From positions 123,318,001 through 123,382,000 of the forward strand of contig OX597820.1 of the NCBI GenBank assembly GCA_951406725.2: 64,000 bases of DNA, in the 5' to 3' direction. Numbering within the stretch: the stretch's first letter is position 1; every line of letters begins with the position of its first letter. Shown in pieces: positions 26,930 to 39,728 of the stretch. The notes under the pieces were generated by a model, which was given only the letters and a program-made list of their open reading frames with translations, did no database searches and had not been told where the DNA came from. The position numbers were made by a program, and so were the translations under genes. The DNA comes from Octopus vulgaris (lineage: Eukaryota).

Positions 26930-27589
26930 GCACACACACTCATATATTAGAATATATGTGTATAGCCGGAATGAAGTGATTTTCATGCATCAAAATGGTT
27001 GTTTTCATTGCATTAATAATAGTAAAGCAATTTTATACACGGAGACCATCTACAAATATTTTATGGAGCTGTACAAACTGCTTAAAGCGAGACACGCCGT
27101 TGTAACATCGTTACACAACAACCAAATGAAAAGTCAACAAATTAGAATTCAATGTTTATCATAGAACCATAACCGATTTGAATTGGATTTGGATGCAAGG
27201 AAATAAAACCACAAATGCAGTTATTCTATGCGTCATTTAAATATAAATTGATCTTCACGGCTGTACGGAATGCAAAGGCACTTCTCTCACCTCGGCTGCT
27301 GCAGGGGAAACTGTGTAACTGTCATGTGTAGTTTGAGAAGGAGGCAAAGTCGCTTTAAGATGTAAAAAGTAGCTGACAAAACATCATGGAGGTCTTTATG
27401 TATGAATAATATTATTTCTAAGGCTATTTCTCTTATTAATATGGAGACTGAATAGTGTTGCACAACAAACTTTGACATTTTCACTGCTAGCCATATCGAA
27501 TGCAATACAGAGATCATTATTCCGGACATTCTTGTTATAAACATATGCACATTCATATATACACTTGCATATATATATACATATAAACA

Positions 27590-27804
27590 CATGCATATAT
27601 ATACATACATATGCATACATATACATGCATACGTACTTACATACATGTATATACATATATATATATATATATTTTCATGTATTCATACACTAATTTATAG
27701 TTTCATCTGTAATGTATCGGAGTGTACTTTTCTATATACACGCATATGCACGCACTCACACACACACACACACGTGTGTGCGTGTATATATGTATACATT
27801 GTAT

Positions 27805-27848
<44 letters not shown>

Positions 27849-27861
27849 TTATATGTATATA

Positions 27862-27910
<49 letters not shown>

Positions 27911-27916
27911 AGTATG

Positions 27917-27964
<48 letters not shown>

Positions 27965-27978
27965 CATATATATACATG

Positions 27979-28050
<72 letters not shown>

Positions 28051-28058
28051 TGTATATA
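27590..28058. repeat. (AT)n-rich compound microsatellite
   Basis: Directly visible. Confidence 0.95.
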
Positions 28059-28380
28059 ATGTCATTCTGTGTTCTAGTATACATGTAAAATACGGTGGGA
28101 TATCTATACAAAATTTACGAATGTAGATTGCTTAAGTGTTGTCCTTCCACCCACATACATGCATACATACATACATATTTTAGGTGTATTTATATATATA
28201 TATATATGCATAATTGAGATTCAGTTGAATTAGGTACCCAAGTTGAAGCACCAAGTCAGTCTGGTATTATCCGCACAGTTCGAAGTAAGGAGAATAAAAT
28301 CAGAATAAGCAACAGGATATCAAGAAGGATATCAAGAAGTGCTGCATCACTACATCACTTCTTGATATCCTGTTGCTTGT

Positions 28381-28448
<68 letters not shown>

Positions 28449-28449
28449 C

Positions 28450-28695
28450 GATTTATCTCACATATTTCTCGAACTTGGTTGTTAGTGCTCCGACGGCCCC
28501 TAAAACTATTGAAATGATAGACGCTCTCCTCATAGTCCACATTTTTGCCATTTCGTCTTTTAGTAGTCTGTACTTTTCAATCTTTTCTAGTTCTTTGTCA
28601 CTTCTGCGTGCATCCCGAGGTATTGCAATATCTGTAAACTTGGTTTTCTTTTTTCCTTTATCTACCACAATATCTGGTCTCCGAGTATCATGATG
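28450..28695 (-). mobile_element. R4/Dong-like endonuclease fragment abutting (ATT)n
   Basis: RRPDIVVDK..TKFTDIAIPRD..KELEKIEKYRLLKDE..IVLGAVG. Confidence 0.85.
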
Positions 28696-28754
<59 letters not shown>

Positions 28755-28949
28755 TTTTAATTTGCATGTTTGATACTGAGACACACCCAGCCTCCTGGGT
28801 TGAGAGAATGACAAGAGCTGGTATAGTATAACTAAAAGCTTGGGGTGGGGGGAAGTAGTGAAATATCCTCATGTAATACAACACAGACATTTAGGGATTT
28901 TCTAAGGATGTAGGCTGTACTCGTCAGTATAATATTTTATAATTCTCTA

Positions 28950-29082
28950 AAACATGATTCTTCCTTCTTGTTTTATCATACCTAGGGCACCTACGACAAA
29001 AGGAAAAGTTCTCGTTTTAAGATGCCACATCTTTTGTATTTCAATTTCCAGGTCCTTATATTTACTTAGGTTGTCAAATTGA
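28950..29082 (-). mobile_element. RLE LINE endonuclease fragment
   Basis: LSKYKDLEIEIQKMWHLKTRTFPFVVGALGMIK. Confidence 0.8.
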
Positions 29083-30742
29083 TTGTATGTACTGACGCTT
29101 AAGCTGAGAGACATCCTGCGCAACCTAAGATGTGCGAGGTGCGTGCCGGCATATGCTGACGGCGTCACCGCAATGGTGTCGGATCATAGCCACATAGAAA
29201 TGATCGGCTCTGCTCTCAGGGACAACAGAGCAATTTCAGGAGTGACAATTGACCACGAAAAATCAGTGGGCTTGTGGTTCGGCACCTGGGGAAGCAAGTT
29301 CATGCCATCCAATTGCATCGTTGGGCGCTGGACGGACGCACTGGTTAAACTGCTCGGGGTCTGGTTCGGTCCGAATCTGCAGATGGACAAAAATTGGGAC
29401 AAGGTAACGAACAGGGTGACTACACTCACCCAGAAATGGACCGAGAGAAATCTATCTCTGAGAGATGGGTCAAAGGTGGCTAACGCGTGTATCGCGTCCG
29501 TCATCTACTATTGCTTGACCGTCGTGTCTTGTCCTGACCACAGTCTGATTATGCTGGAGAGTATACTCTTCTGCTTCTTGTGGAAGGAATGCATCCCGAT
29601 GGTCAAGCGGTCCATCTGCTGTCAACACCCGCTTAGTGGTAGACTAGACATGCCATGGCTGATGATGCGCAGATAAGCGCTGAGGCTACGACATCTCCAG
29701 TGCTTCTATGATTGTGAACAGGTGTGGTCACCGTTCGCCACATACGTATTTCCGCAGCTAGTTTCTTTAACAGAGTTGCAATCATGGGTAAAACAGAAAC
29801 CGAAGGGGAGCATTTTGAAAGTGGAATGACTTCAAGCGCTCACAGCCCTCAGCCAATCGGACACTGCAATAGGTGGGACGTCGACTTTAGATTATTTTAG
29901 AGGTTTAGTGGAGGAAAAGTGCGACGACGTTCTTGGGGAGATCGTGGGCGTCGAAGATCAATTAGCTGCTCTCTTCCGGAGAACTTTCGGCCCGGGACCA
30001 GTGAATAGTCTCCAAAAATCTCTGGCCTGACAGTGCTACCGAGGAGCTTTGCCTGTTCGAGATAAACTTTACAGACATGGAAGTGGTGACAACCGAGCAT
30101 GTCCGAGAAGCGCGTAGGACGGCTAGACGGTCCTGCATGTACTCGTCCAGTGCCTGAGCATTGCTGACGTGTGGGATCCGGATGTCAACTGGATCCATTG
30201 TGAAGATCGCCCCATCATCTTCCTTTAACCGAGAAGGGCAGGCTGTCTTTATGTGGCTGGTGACCATGGTGAAAGATGTTATATGGTGGACAAAATTGAA
30301 GGAGCTGAAAAAAAAAAAAACTTTTCTCTTTGGTCAATTCCTGATCAACATCTTCAAGTTTCAGTTGAAAAGGAAAATAAGGGTAGAATGGGAAGTGTTG
30401 TCTTCTAGCCAGTTTTCTGAAAGGTGGATGAAAGTGGTTAGATTGGTGCGAGTGAACAGGCCTGCATTGAGCATACGCCTGTAGTTGGAAAAAGAGAAAG
30501 GAAAAAAGGCACCTACCACAACAGTCAAGGTACCTATGATTTTTATGGGGTTTTTTTTTTCATGAGCAGCACTCGAAAGACTCCTCTCTATTGAGGACCA
30601 CACATTGCTGATTTTACAAAAATGTTAGTCTTGTTTACACGCAAAACTCTCACAATAACACACTCAAACACATATACACACATTCTTTGTTTTGTCCTGT
30701 ATTGTTCAACCCTATGTAGCTAATAAAATCAACCCTATGTGG
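29083..30742 (+). mobile_element. 5'-truncated L1/Tx1-like LINE (RT C-terminal half, Zn-finger region, 3' UTR)
   Basis: AYADGVT (YADD-like), EKSVGLWFG, KLLGVWFG, W.ERNLSL, LFCFLW..GRLDMP; 3' AATAAA followed by an ATT tail. Confidence 0.85.
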
Positions 30743-31154
30743 CTAATAAAGAAATCATTATTGAGTGAGATGCCATCAAAGTAACAATGGGGTGGAATGT
30801 ACGAAGCCCTGTATACCCCTCATGACTACTCGTCTGCTAAAGGTACACCAGGTACATGCATCACAACCACATGTGAGCGACATGGTTATCTCATATCAAG
30901 ATAAACAGCGCATGACCTTGCAGGTGGGACCCAGTTAGAATTTGCTTCAGGTCGAGTAGCCCATCCTGCTCAAAAGGTCTCTGAATAAGGGTTGTTTAAG
31001 AAACATGTTCAACTGGTTAAAGTCAAACAACTGACAAGCAAATCTGTGGTATTGAGCAGAATATTTACTGTAACCCATTTTTTATACCAAGACAAAACAA
31101 AGTACATGATAACACTTGCAATCAGTTAAGATCAGAAGCCATGAGAGCCACTGT

Positions 31155-31201
31155 TGTTATCATCATCATCATCATCATGATTATCATCATCATCATCCTC
31201 A

Positions 31202-31270
<69 letters not shown>
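31155..31270. repeat. (ATC)n(ATT)n microsatellite
   Basis: Directly visible. Confidence 0.95.
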
Positions 31271-32051
31271 GCTGAGCGCAACAAACCATACATATTGCAG
31301 CTCCGTATTTTTTTCTCTCTTTATTTAAAATTTTGCCGACAGAATTTTGAATTTGTATTTATTGAATCTGTTCATTGCTTTCATTGAAGGGGGCAAAATC
31401 TTTCTCCGTCCTTCCCTAATTAAGGAAGACAAGTATTTTACGTCATTGTCTGTTGTTTAGCAGACAATCTTATAATAAAAATGTCAACAACGTTGCTGCG
31501 TGTGGGGAGAGAGTAGCTGTGGGGATGCGGCACTGACAAACTCATTAGCAATCTTTTAGAACTGTCACTCGTCGAAAAGACACTTTGATTTGTATGATTG
31601 TATTTCAGGAAACCTATGTAGGATACCATCAACATCAACAATAATAACAATAATAAAAACAATACAAGAAGAACGAAAAATAGCGACAACTGCAACAACT
31701 TCTTCAGACTCTTTCGCATTGGAAGGGGAACAACAACAACAACTTTGATGACGACGACGACAACAAAAACAGCAACAATGACGACGATGACGAGACAAAA
31801 CTGATGACAGAAAACAAACAATAACAACCACAATAACGCCGCTATTATTACCAATGTTTCTGCTACTTCAACGACGTCTGTCATCTCCTCCACTACTTTG
31901 TCAACCAGCAACACTACCACCATCAAATGCAGCATTTCTCATACTTCTTTCACCATCATCGACACCGACACCTCTAAAACTACAGTTTTAGTGGTGGCGG
32001 TGTTCCTCAGGGAATAACATGGACCAACTAACCGTGATAAATGCAGAACTC

Positions 32052-32135
32052 TAAAGCGGCGAGCAGGCAGAATCTTCAGCACGTCAGGGGAAATTCAGAG
32101 CAGCATTTTGACCATCTTTACGTTTTGAGTTCAAA
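32052..32135 (+). mobile_element. SINE family A head, diverged
   Basis: GCGGCGAGCAGGCAGAATC..TACGTTTTGAGTTCAAA. Confidence 0.6.
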
Positions 32136-32412
32136 GTAGTTTGGAACAACTGAATCTTAGTCAGTCAGTTGATGAGCTCCACTACCTCAAATGTTCTTAA
32201 AATTTAAGTCCACATCTTTGTCTATGTATCTCCCTTCTCTATAATATTGCCACTTGATATGAACATTCTTGTATTAATGGAAAACCTCTATAATTGGCTG
32301 ATGAGTACTCAGCATTTTAAAACTGTTGTAATACTTACAACATTTAATAAAATGATGTAGTGCGAAGCGATCGTACCAAATTACCGGAGTCATTCTTGTT
32401 GCTTATTTTGAG

Positions 32413-32458
<46 letters not shown>

Positions 32459-32467
32459 AAAGTGAAA

Positions 32468-32836
32468 AGGGATACCGTGAACTTGCCGTGAGGAGTAGAA
32501 TATCCAACATTTCGAATTCAATCCTTCGTCAGTAGGTAGAGAAAAGGAGAAGAAAGTCAAACAGAGTTTACAAAAATGGTTGACTGTGTCTTTGAAGTTT
32601 CGGCTTACTCTCCGTGAACCTTTTCCACCTCCTTTCTACACACCCTCTCATAACTTCTGCATCATGTTAGCAGCCCGTCTTATTCTGCGTCCATTATCAG
32701 TTGCAGTCAGTTTTTTAAGCTAGGAGGATGTAAAATAAATCTGTTTGAATTTCTTATCGTTTTGTCTACTTCCTGCCAAAAGATTGATTCCGAAACGTTG
32801 GATATTCTACTCCTTACGGCATGTTCACCGTACCCT
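32468..32836. mobile_element. PLE-like inverted terminal repeats (~70 bp), each with a hammerhead-like motif
   Basis: 32468-32545 is the reverse complement of ~32760-32836; minus strand CTGACGA AGGAT..ATTC GAAA TGTT. Confidence 0.6.
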
Positions 32837-33219
32837 GCTTTTATTGCTGGCATGGGTTAGATTGTTTAACTGGAAACGGTAAGCCAGGCAATTGCACCAG
32901 ATTCCAGTCTGATTTTGGCTTGGTTTCTATGGCTGGATACCCTTCCTAATGCCAACCAATTCGAGAGTGTAGTGGGTGCCTTTTACGTGTGACCGGTACA
33001 GGTACCTGTACGTATCCCCAGCAGGGATGCTGTTACGTCTCACCGGCACTGGCCACAACTACAATTTCATTTGGCGAATTTTCTCAAACCCTAAAACCAC
33101 GACAGTTGCAGGAAATTTTGTATGCATAACATTTGGAACTTCAAAAGGGTCTACACATAACTACCTGCCATTTCTTCTATTAGCTTTTTGATCTTGGTCG
33201 AAGTTTTGCTCTTTTGAGA

Positions 33220-33782
33220 AAAACGAAATCAAATCTTCTGTTGGATTTTTCAGTTTGTTTAAGAGCCTTTTAGATCTGATGTAGTGATTTTCTTTTACTT
33301 TTTCTGACAAATTGACCTTTCCTCATCATATAAGACTTATATCTGATGTCTTCGTGGACTACATTTCTGACTGTTCTTTCTGACTTTTCTCCACATGGAG
33401 ATCTTATGAAATTGACCTCACGGATTTTCTGGGATTCTAATCAAAGGTCTCTTGAACTTGCTGAATAAATTCCGGTGTTCTGAGGATTTCAGAGCGTATA
33501 GAATGCCATTTATGCTTTGATACTAGTGATACATTTCCATCTTCAGTTTCTAGCTCCTTACAAACTTTGTAGACGAAAGATCTGGTAACTTTAAAAAATC
33601 TAGATATTTCTAAATCGCTATACTCAGCTTTTATAAGCACAATAACAGCATGCCTCTTCATTTCTTGAGTAAGCTGAGGGTCTGCCATTATTATTTTCTG
33701 AAACAAAGACTATACAGAGTTATCAAGAAATGCAGCAATGAACCAAAAAAGGCATGTTCCCAAATACCTTACGCACCCTGTA
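33220..33782 (-). mobile_element. Tc1/IS630-family transposon, 5' part with TIR
   Basis: TA|CAGGGTGCGTAAGG terminus; ORF MKRHAVIVLIKAEYSDLEISRF (HTH) ..RTPEFIQQVQ..NPRKSVRSI..VHEDIRYKSY. Confidence 0.8.
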
Positions 33783-33914
33783 CACACACACACACACACG
33801 GACATGATGTTGATAGCACACCTGTACGAAATAAAATTACATGAATATAGGAATATGGATGTTTTCAATGCTGTTCAGATGGGTGGAATAATACTTAATT
33901 AAAGCTTTTGTTAA

Positions 33915-34128
33915 AGCGGTGAGCTGGCAGAAACGTTAGCACACCGGGCGAAATGCTTAGCGGCATTTCGTCTGTCTCTTCGTTCTGAGTTCAAATTCCG
34001 CCGAGGTCGATTTTGCTTTCCATCCTTTCGGGGTCGATAAATTAAGTACCAGTTGCGTACAGGGGTGAATCTAATCGACAGGACCCCTCCTCCAAAATTT
34101 CGGGCCTTGTGCCTAGAGTAGAAAGGAA
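33915..34128 (+). mobile_element. SINE family A, full length
   Basis: GCGGTGAGCTGGCAGAAACGTTAGC..CATCCTTTCGGGGTCGATAAATTAAGTACCAG. Confidence 0.85.
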
Positions 34129-34559
34129 TTAAAGCAGTTGTTACGTGAATTACCTTTCAGTTTTTCGTTCTTCGAACACCCGGCACCACTTTCAATTATT
34201 GAGACAAGACGGACTGATTGCCTTGTTTATGTAATTACGAAGTTCATTACTATCGCGTGTTAGCTTAATTCCAGCCGAAAATTGAAACTAAAGGCGTAAG
34301 TATACGAACTCACTTTGCCTAAAAATCTTTATAATCTTTGCTATATAAGCAAATATTCAATTTTGTATTAATTTTCAATTTTACCGGATGAAATCCAATA
34401 AGGGAACAACAAAATCACTTTTATATGTATCTGACGCATAAATTTATTGCTTTTAGGCTCCAGTTTTAGACATATAAATTTGATTATAATTCGATTTTTT
34501 AAATATATATATTTTCACATGATGTAACAATGTGCCGTGTGCAAAACATAACACAAACA

Positions 34560-36440
34560 AAAATGAAAATCCAAGATATTGAGAGAATGGTGAGAGGTAG
34601 GAGTAAAGTAATGGTGTTAGATTTTAGAGCCTAGACTGACAATACGCATGGCAGTACGTATTGAGAGAAATCGGGAATAATATCTAACATGAGAGAAGAA
34701 GAGAGCAACTGTACAAGAGGCAAACATTTGGGAATGGATGGTCAGCCAATGAAATTTATTTAAACGTGACACACTTGTAAGTGCTTATTTTGGTTGACAT
34801 ACTGTGCAGCTAAATGCCGGTTGTTAGGAATTTCCTGGTTGTGAGTTGGCAATTGATGAGGAAGGGGGCGGACAAATTAGAACTTAGTGGAGAAAGGATT
34901 ATACTCGAGGCGACATAAAAAAAATATATCCTTTGTCCTTGGCTGCGTTATCGGATTTACGTAAGCGTATTTGATTACAGGAAGATCGTTCCTGGAGTAT
35001 CACCATCTGATGTAGAACATTGTAGAGCGTGTTAGGTGTAGACGTGCATTTAGTGAACTCTAATCTATATAGATCAATGTTAATATCCATATAGATCAAT
35101 GTTAATCATAGCACAATTGATTTTAGTTTTTCAGAAGCAGAAATGTTGCTTATGACTGCGGACTCTGTTTGGAAGTAACGGCGAGGGCCATATCTCAGAA
35201 CCATTTAAAAGCTCCAGCTCAAGTAATGATACTTCATATCGTTACTTTAGTACGTTTTTGCTTTTCAGTTCTCATTGCAGAATTTGGTTGTCTTGTAGAT
35301 CTCTCTTTTCCAGCTGGGACGAAATGAATGCCAACGCTATTTGCATACACAGATGAGGTTATAGTTCTGTCATTTGACATCTCAGAAATGAAGCTAACCT
35401 GCTCCAAACTATAGGAATACGATCTAGCAACAGGAGTAAAGATTGAATCAGCCAGTTGAACGCACCTTAACCTATTGAAAGCCAAGCTCAAACTGGCCAA
35501 TGTGAGTCTCTGAACCGAGAGTTTGTCAAAAAGCTTGGAGCTAGGTTAGATTATAATCTTCAGATGGATTGAAACCTGGACTGTATTTCGAGGAAGGTGG
35601 CTAATATGATTCAAAAGTAAACTGAAAGAAGGCTGTTTCTTACGTGTCGAACGGAAATGGAGAACATGTTTATTGTTTCAGGGAGAATACGTTTATTGTT
35701 TCACCTGAGGACATCAGACTTGAGTAAAAACGCCTGCACTTTTGCTATTTGCAGAAAGTAGAAGTTATTTTCGAGAGACAGTATATCTATTGCCAACGGA
35801 CATGTATGCCTAGGATACCAAGGTTTGGGATGCACAAAGTTTACTGAACAGTAAGCAGGTGTGATCATAAGTTTGTTAGACATGCGTTGCGGTAATTTAC
35901 TGCTTTAACTTAGCCGCGATCGTAGCTCATTCTTAGACCAAGAATGGAGTTTAATATTAGGAGTTTTACTATATGATAATTCTTAACCAATTCGAAAATT
36001 CCACTAGTAGAAGCTATGCTTCTACATTTCATAGATGAGTGGTTGAAGGAGTAAATGATAATGTACAGAAGGGATACATCTATTAGTTTTTTATATTAGT
36101 TTAATAGGAAGACGGAATGTATTCTAATGTTTCCCACGCTCTCCAAGTCCGGCAAGATCAATACAATTAAGTTTCTTCTTGTATAGATGTGAGCCAATGG
36201 GCTGGGCGAAAAATATTCACAAGAAAGATAAAAACAAAACGAGCTTCTGGCGAGGAAGGACTAGTCGTAGTGCGAAACCTGGGAAGGATGGGGACAATAT
36301 ATGAGTGAAAAAGGGAAGAGAGATGTATGAAGTGGAGTATCTGAGGGATTAACAGCTTGGCTGAGGAGGTGAAGCCACGAAAGCCTTATGGGTGTTCATT
36401 AAGGAGGGAGAAGCATGCATGTTGTGGGAGATAGTTGTAA
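34560..36440 (-). mobile_element. Highly decayed CR1/L2/Jockey-like LINE ORF2
   Basis: Residual motifs DHTCLL, PKPWYP and RLGSKL on the minus strand; no long ORF. Confidence 0.35.
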
Positions 36441-37129
36441 ATAATAAACGAGTCCATCATCTTTAGCAAATTATAAATGTATGTGAAAAGATATTAGCTA
36501 CGTACGTTGAAAAATGTATCCAATATTCTTTCCTGAGTAGGAGAGGGACTTGCAGAATGGAGAATATCGACGTTTTTGAAATGTCTTCCGCTTAAAAATG
36601 CAACTGGAAACCATTACACGTTTGATAATAAACACCACAGACACCGTATATTGTTTTTAATGATTATAGGTTCTTTATTAAAGTATTGGGTAAATTTCAA
36701 ATTTTATACATGGCAGAATAAACTTGCGTAAATATTAATAGACAGAATTCATCTTGATTTTAAAGAGATAAATTCTGGAGATTGTTGTTAATTTTCTATA
36801 TGTCTGCTATATGAAACTCTGTTGGTTAAGAAAAGCGCTTTGCTGATGATGTTTACTTACACTGTCAATCACGTTAATTACCATTAATTATCTTAGCTCA
36901 CAAGCCATCTGCAAAACGAGGTTGAGTTGAGTAAACATTTTTCTTTACATGTCATCATAAAATATAGTTGAAGTAATTAAATTTTGATTAATTGTATCAT
37001 ATGAAACACTTTTGATTAATTATATCACAGATCTTCTGATTGGTTATATTCATTTTGCATTAAAGCTATAGAAACTTCAAATTTAAAATTCCATATTACA
37101 CTACGTATATATAATCACCAAGTACTCTG

Positions 37130-37900
37130 CTGTCAGCAAGAATTGGTGCATTTTTTTAATTGGTCCCTTTTCTACTGATGGTCTTTGAATATTATACACA
37201 GGTGACTGTTCAGGAGCGAGCTAAGATATCAGCACGCTATAAAGTGTGGAATTTCATTGTTTTGGTTCAGAGAGTGTGGCGTGCATGGAAAGGTAAGCGT
37301 GCAACACTACGTCCGGAGACAATAAAAAGTTCTCATCTTAAGCTTATGATGCAAGAAATGAACTTCCGATCACATCCAGATCAGTAGAAGACGTGAAAAC
37401 AGTGCAGGAAATGTTTAATCGAAGCCCGCAAAAGTCAACACGTTAAGTAAATCACGAAAGTGGACTAACAAGACCCGCAATACGTACGATGTTGCATAAG
37501 GAATTGAATTTTCGTGCGTGGAAACCTCATTATGTGCAGGAGCTAAAACCTAAAGACTGTGACCGCAAAAGTCCAGAAGTCCAAGAAGTCCTGATCTCAC
37601 TCCATGTGATTTTTACTTGTGGGGTTACACAAAAGAGGTGTACAAAATAAAACCTAGCACACTGGAGGACTTGTAGACACGGATTCAGGAGGTTCTCAAT
37701 GATATCGCAGACGACGTCCTTCAGAAGGTTGTTCATTCCATTCCTGGCCGTTTGAGGAAACTGGTTGAAGCTGCCGGTGCTTACGTTGAAATATGAAGAT
37801 TTACTTTCATTTTCCCATGTAATAAAGAACATGCATCGTTTGTTTCAATAAATTTGTAAAATAGAGATTTTGACTTGGTGCCAACTTAAGTACCTAATTC
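37130..37900 (+). mobile_element. Internally deleted Tc1/mariner-superfamily transposase
   Basis: N-terminal TVQERAKI..VLVQRVWR, SPQKSTR, and C-terminal RSPDLTPCDFYLWG. Confidence 0.8.
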
Positions 37901-37910
37901 AGCCGAATCT

Positions 37911-37981
<71 letters not shown>

Positions 37982-38167
37982 TGTGTGTGTGTGTGTGTGT
38001 GTGGTGTTATATATGCACGTACACATATGTACATACATATACATATATTATATGTATATGTATACATATGTATGTGGATGTATATATATATATATATATA
38101 TATTTAAAAATTTTTTTTTGTACTTGTTTCAGTCATTTGACTGCGGCCATGCTGGAGCACCGCCTTT

Positions 38168-38339
38168 AGAGTGGTGAAAGAGTACAGCAGGGATCACCAC
38201 CACCATCCCTGCCGGAGCCTCGTGGAGCTTTTAGGTGTTTTCGCTCAATAAACACACACAACGCCCGGTCTGGGAATCGAAACCGCGATCCTCCGACCGC
38301 AAGTCCGCTGCCCTAACCACTAGGCCATTACGCCTCCAC
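38168..38339 (-). mobile_element. tRNA-derived SINE family B, 5' part
   Basis: GGAGGCGTAATGGCCTAGTGGTTAGGGCAGCGG..GGTTTCGATTCCC; matches 49408-49560. Confidence 0.85.
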
Positions 38340-38358
38340 AAAAATAATGTAGCCGAAT

Positions 38359-38430
38359 TGCCGTGACCAAGATTCGAACCTGGGTTACCACGGCCACAAC
38401 GTGGGGTCCTAACCACTAAACGATCACGGC
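38359..38430 (-). tRNA. tRNA-His (GTG)
   Basis: GCCGTGATCGTTTAGTGGTTAGGACCCCACGTTGTGGCCGTGGTAACCCAGGTTCGAATCTTGGTCACGGCA: 72-nt cloverleaf, perfect acceptor stem, GTG anticodon, A/B boxes, T5 terminator 14 nt downstream. Confidence 0.9.
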
Positions 38431-38442
38431 CGAGAGACCAGC

Positions 38443-38476
<34 letters not shown>

Positions 38477-38524
38477 CGTATGTGTGAAAAAGGAATATTT
38501 GTAACGTTTTATAAATATTCACTG

Positions 38525-38715
38525 AACTACTTATGGATTAGACCTGGAGGACACGAGTCTGATGTTTTTTTCTCTCTCTTGAAGAACTCCACAATTCTCA
38601 CGTTTTCGAAGATATTTATTATTATATAACTTAGAGCTCCAATGATATTTAATACAAGTGGAAATCTAGTGCTACGATACAATAGGTGTAAGTCCTGCAT
38701 TAGTTTGCCATAAAT
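38525..38715 (-). mobile_element. RLE LINE C-terminal remnant
   Basis: YGKLMQDLHLLY..IIGALSYI, similar to 21600-21800. Confidence 0.5.
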
Positions 38716-38716
38716 G

Positions 38717-38941
38717 TATTTCTTTACTGCCCACAAGGGGCTAAACATAGAGGGGACAAACAAGGACAGACAAAGGGATTAAGTCGATTACATCGACCCC
38801 AGTGGGAAACTGGTACTCTATTTATCGACCCCGAAAGGATGAAAGGCAAAGTCGACCTCGGCGGAATTTGAACTCAGAACGTAACGACAGACGAAATACG
38901 GCTACGCACTTCGCCCGGCGTGCTAACGATTCTGCCAGCTG
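38717..38941 (-). mobile_element. SINE family A, full length
   Basis: Close match to 3656-3883. Confidence 0.85.
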
Positions 38942-39648
38942 ATCCCCTTTCCCACAATTTTAGAAGAGACATTCCTTACAATTGGATGGTCACCCTCATG
39001 CATGGCGTTCGTTCCTGTTGCATAGGATATTATCAACGTAGCTGTATTTGCACTGGATTTCTGCTTTTATTCAAATTTTGCATTAAAAGCCTTTAATTTC
39101 CAGTGTGTATATGCATTCTTAACCGCTTCTTTCCACCCCAAAAAAGCAACAAAATCGTTGCAGACTAGTATCGTATAATTGCCCAACTAAAACTAATCTG
39201 GGGATTTAATAGCAACTACAGTGTCCACAAAATTATCAAATAAAAGTAAAATCTAAATATAGATAGATAAACAATTACAACAAAAAAACTGCATAATTTC
39301 TTTTACGAGAAAGTTACATTATTTCATACGTGCAGCGTTGACCGAAGGTTTTCTTGTGCCGAAATCAATTATTGCTGGCAAAGTATAGCTTGCAGAGCAA
39401 TCATTTAATGTCAAACACAAGACGAAAGGGCGGAGTCTCTTCATTATCTCTATATTTTTGAAGCTAGCAGTGAAATTCACTGAAATCGTTTTCTGGTGCA
39501 ATACCAAAGAACATATTAGATAATATAATCCGTAGCGGTACGTTTATTCCTGCCCAAACAACATGTCTAATTTGAAAGACCTACGTCAGTTAAAAAGAAA
39601 GTTAGACTCAATTTTCCATTACTTTCCCATAGAATCTCTGTATGTTTG

Positions 39649-39711
<63 letters not shown>

Positions 39712-39728
39712 ACACACACACACACATA

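Noticed and set aside
31438-31935. 165-aa hydrophobic ORF
   Set aside because: Reverse strand of degenerate (AAC)/(GAC) trinucleotide repeats
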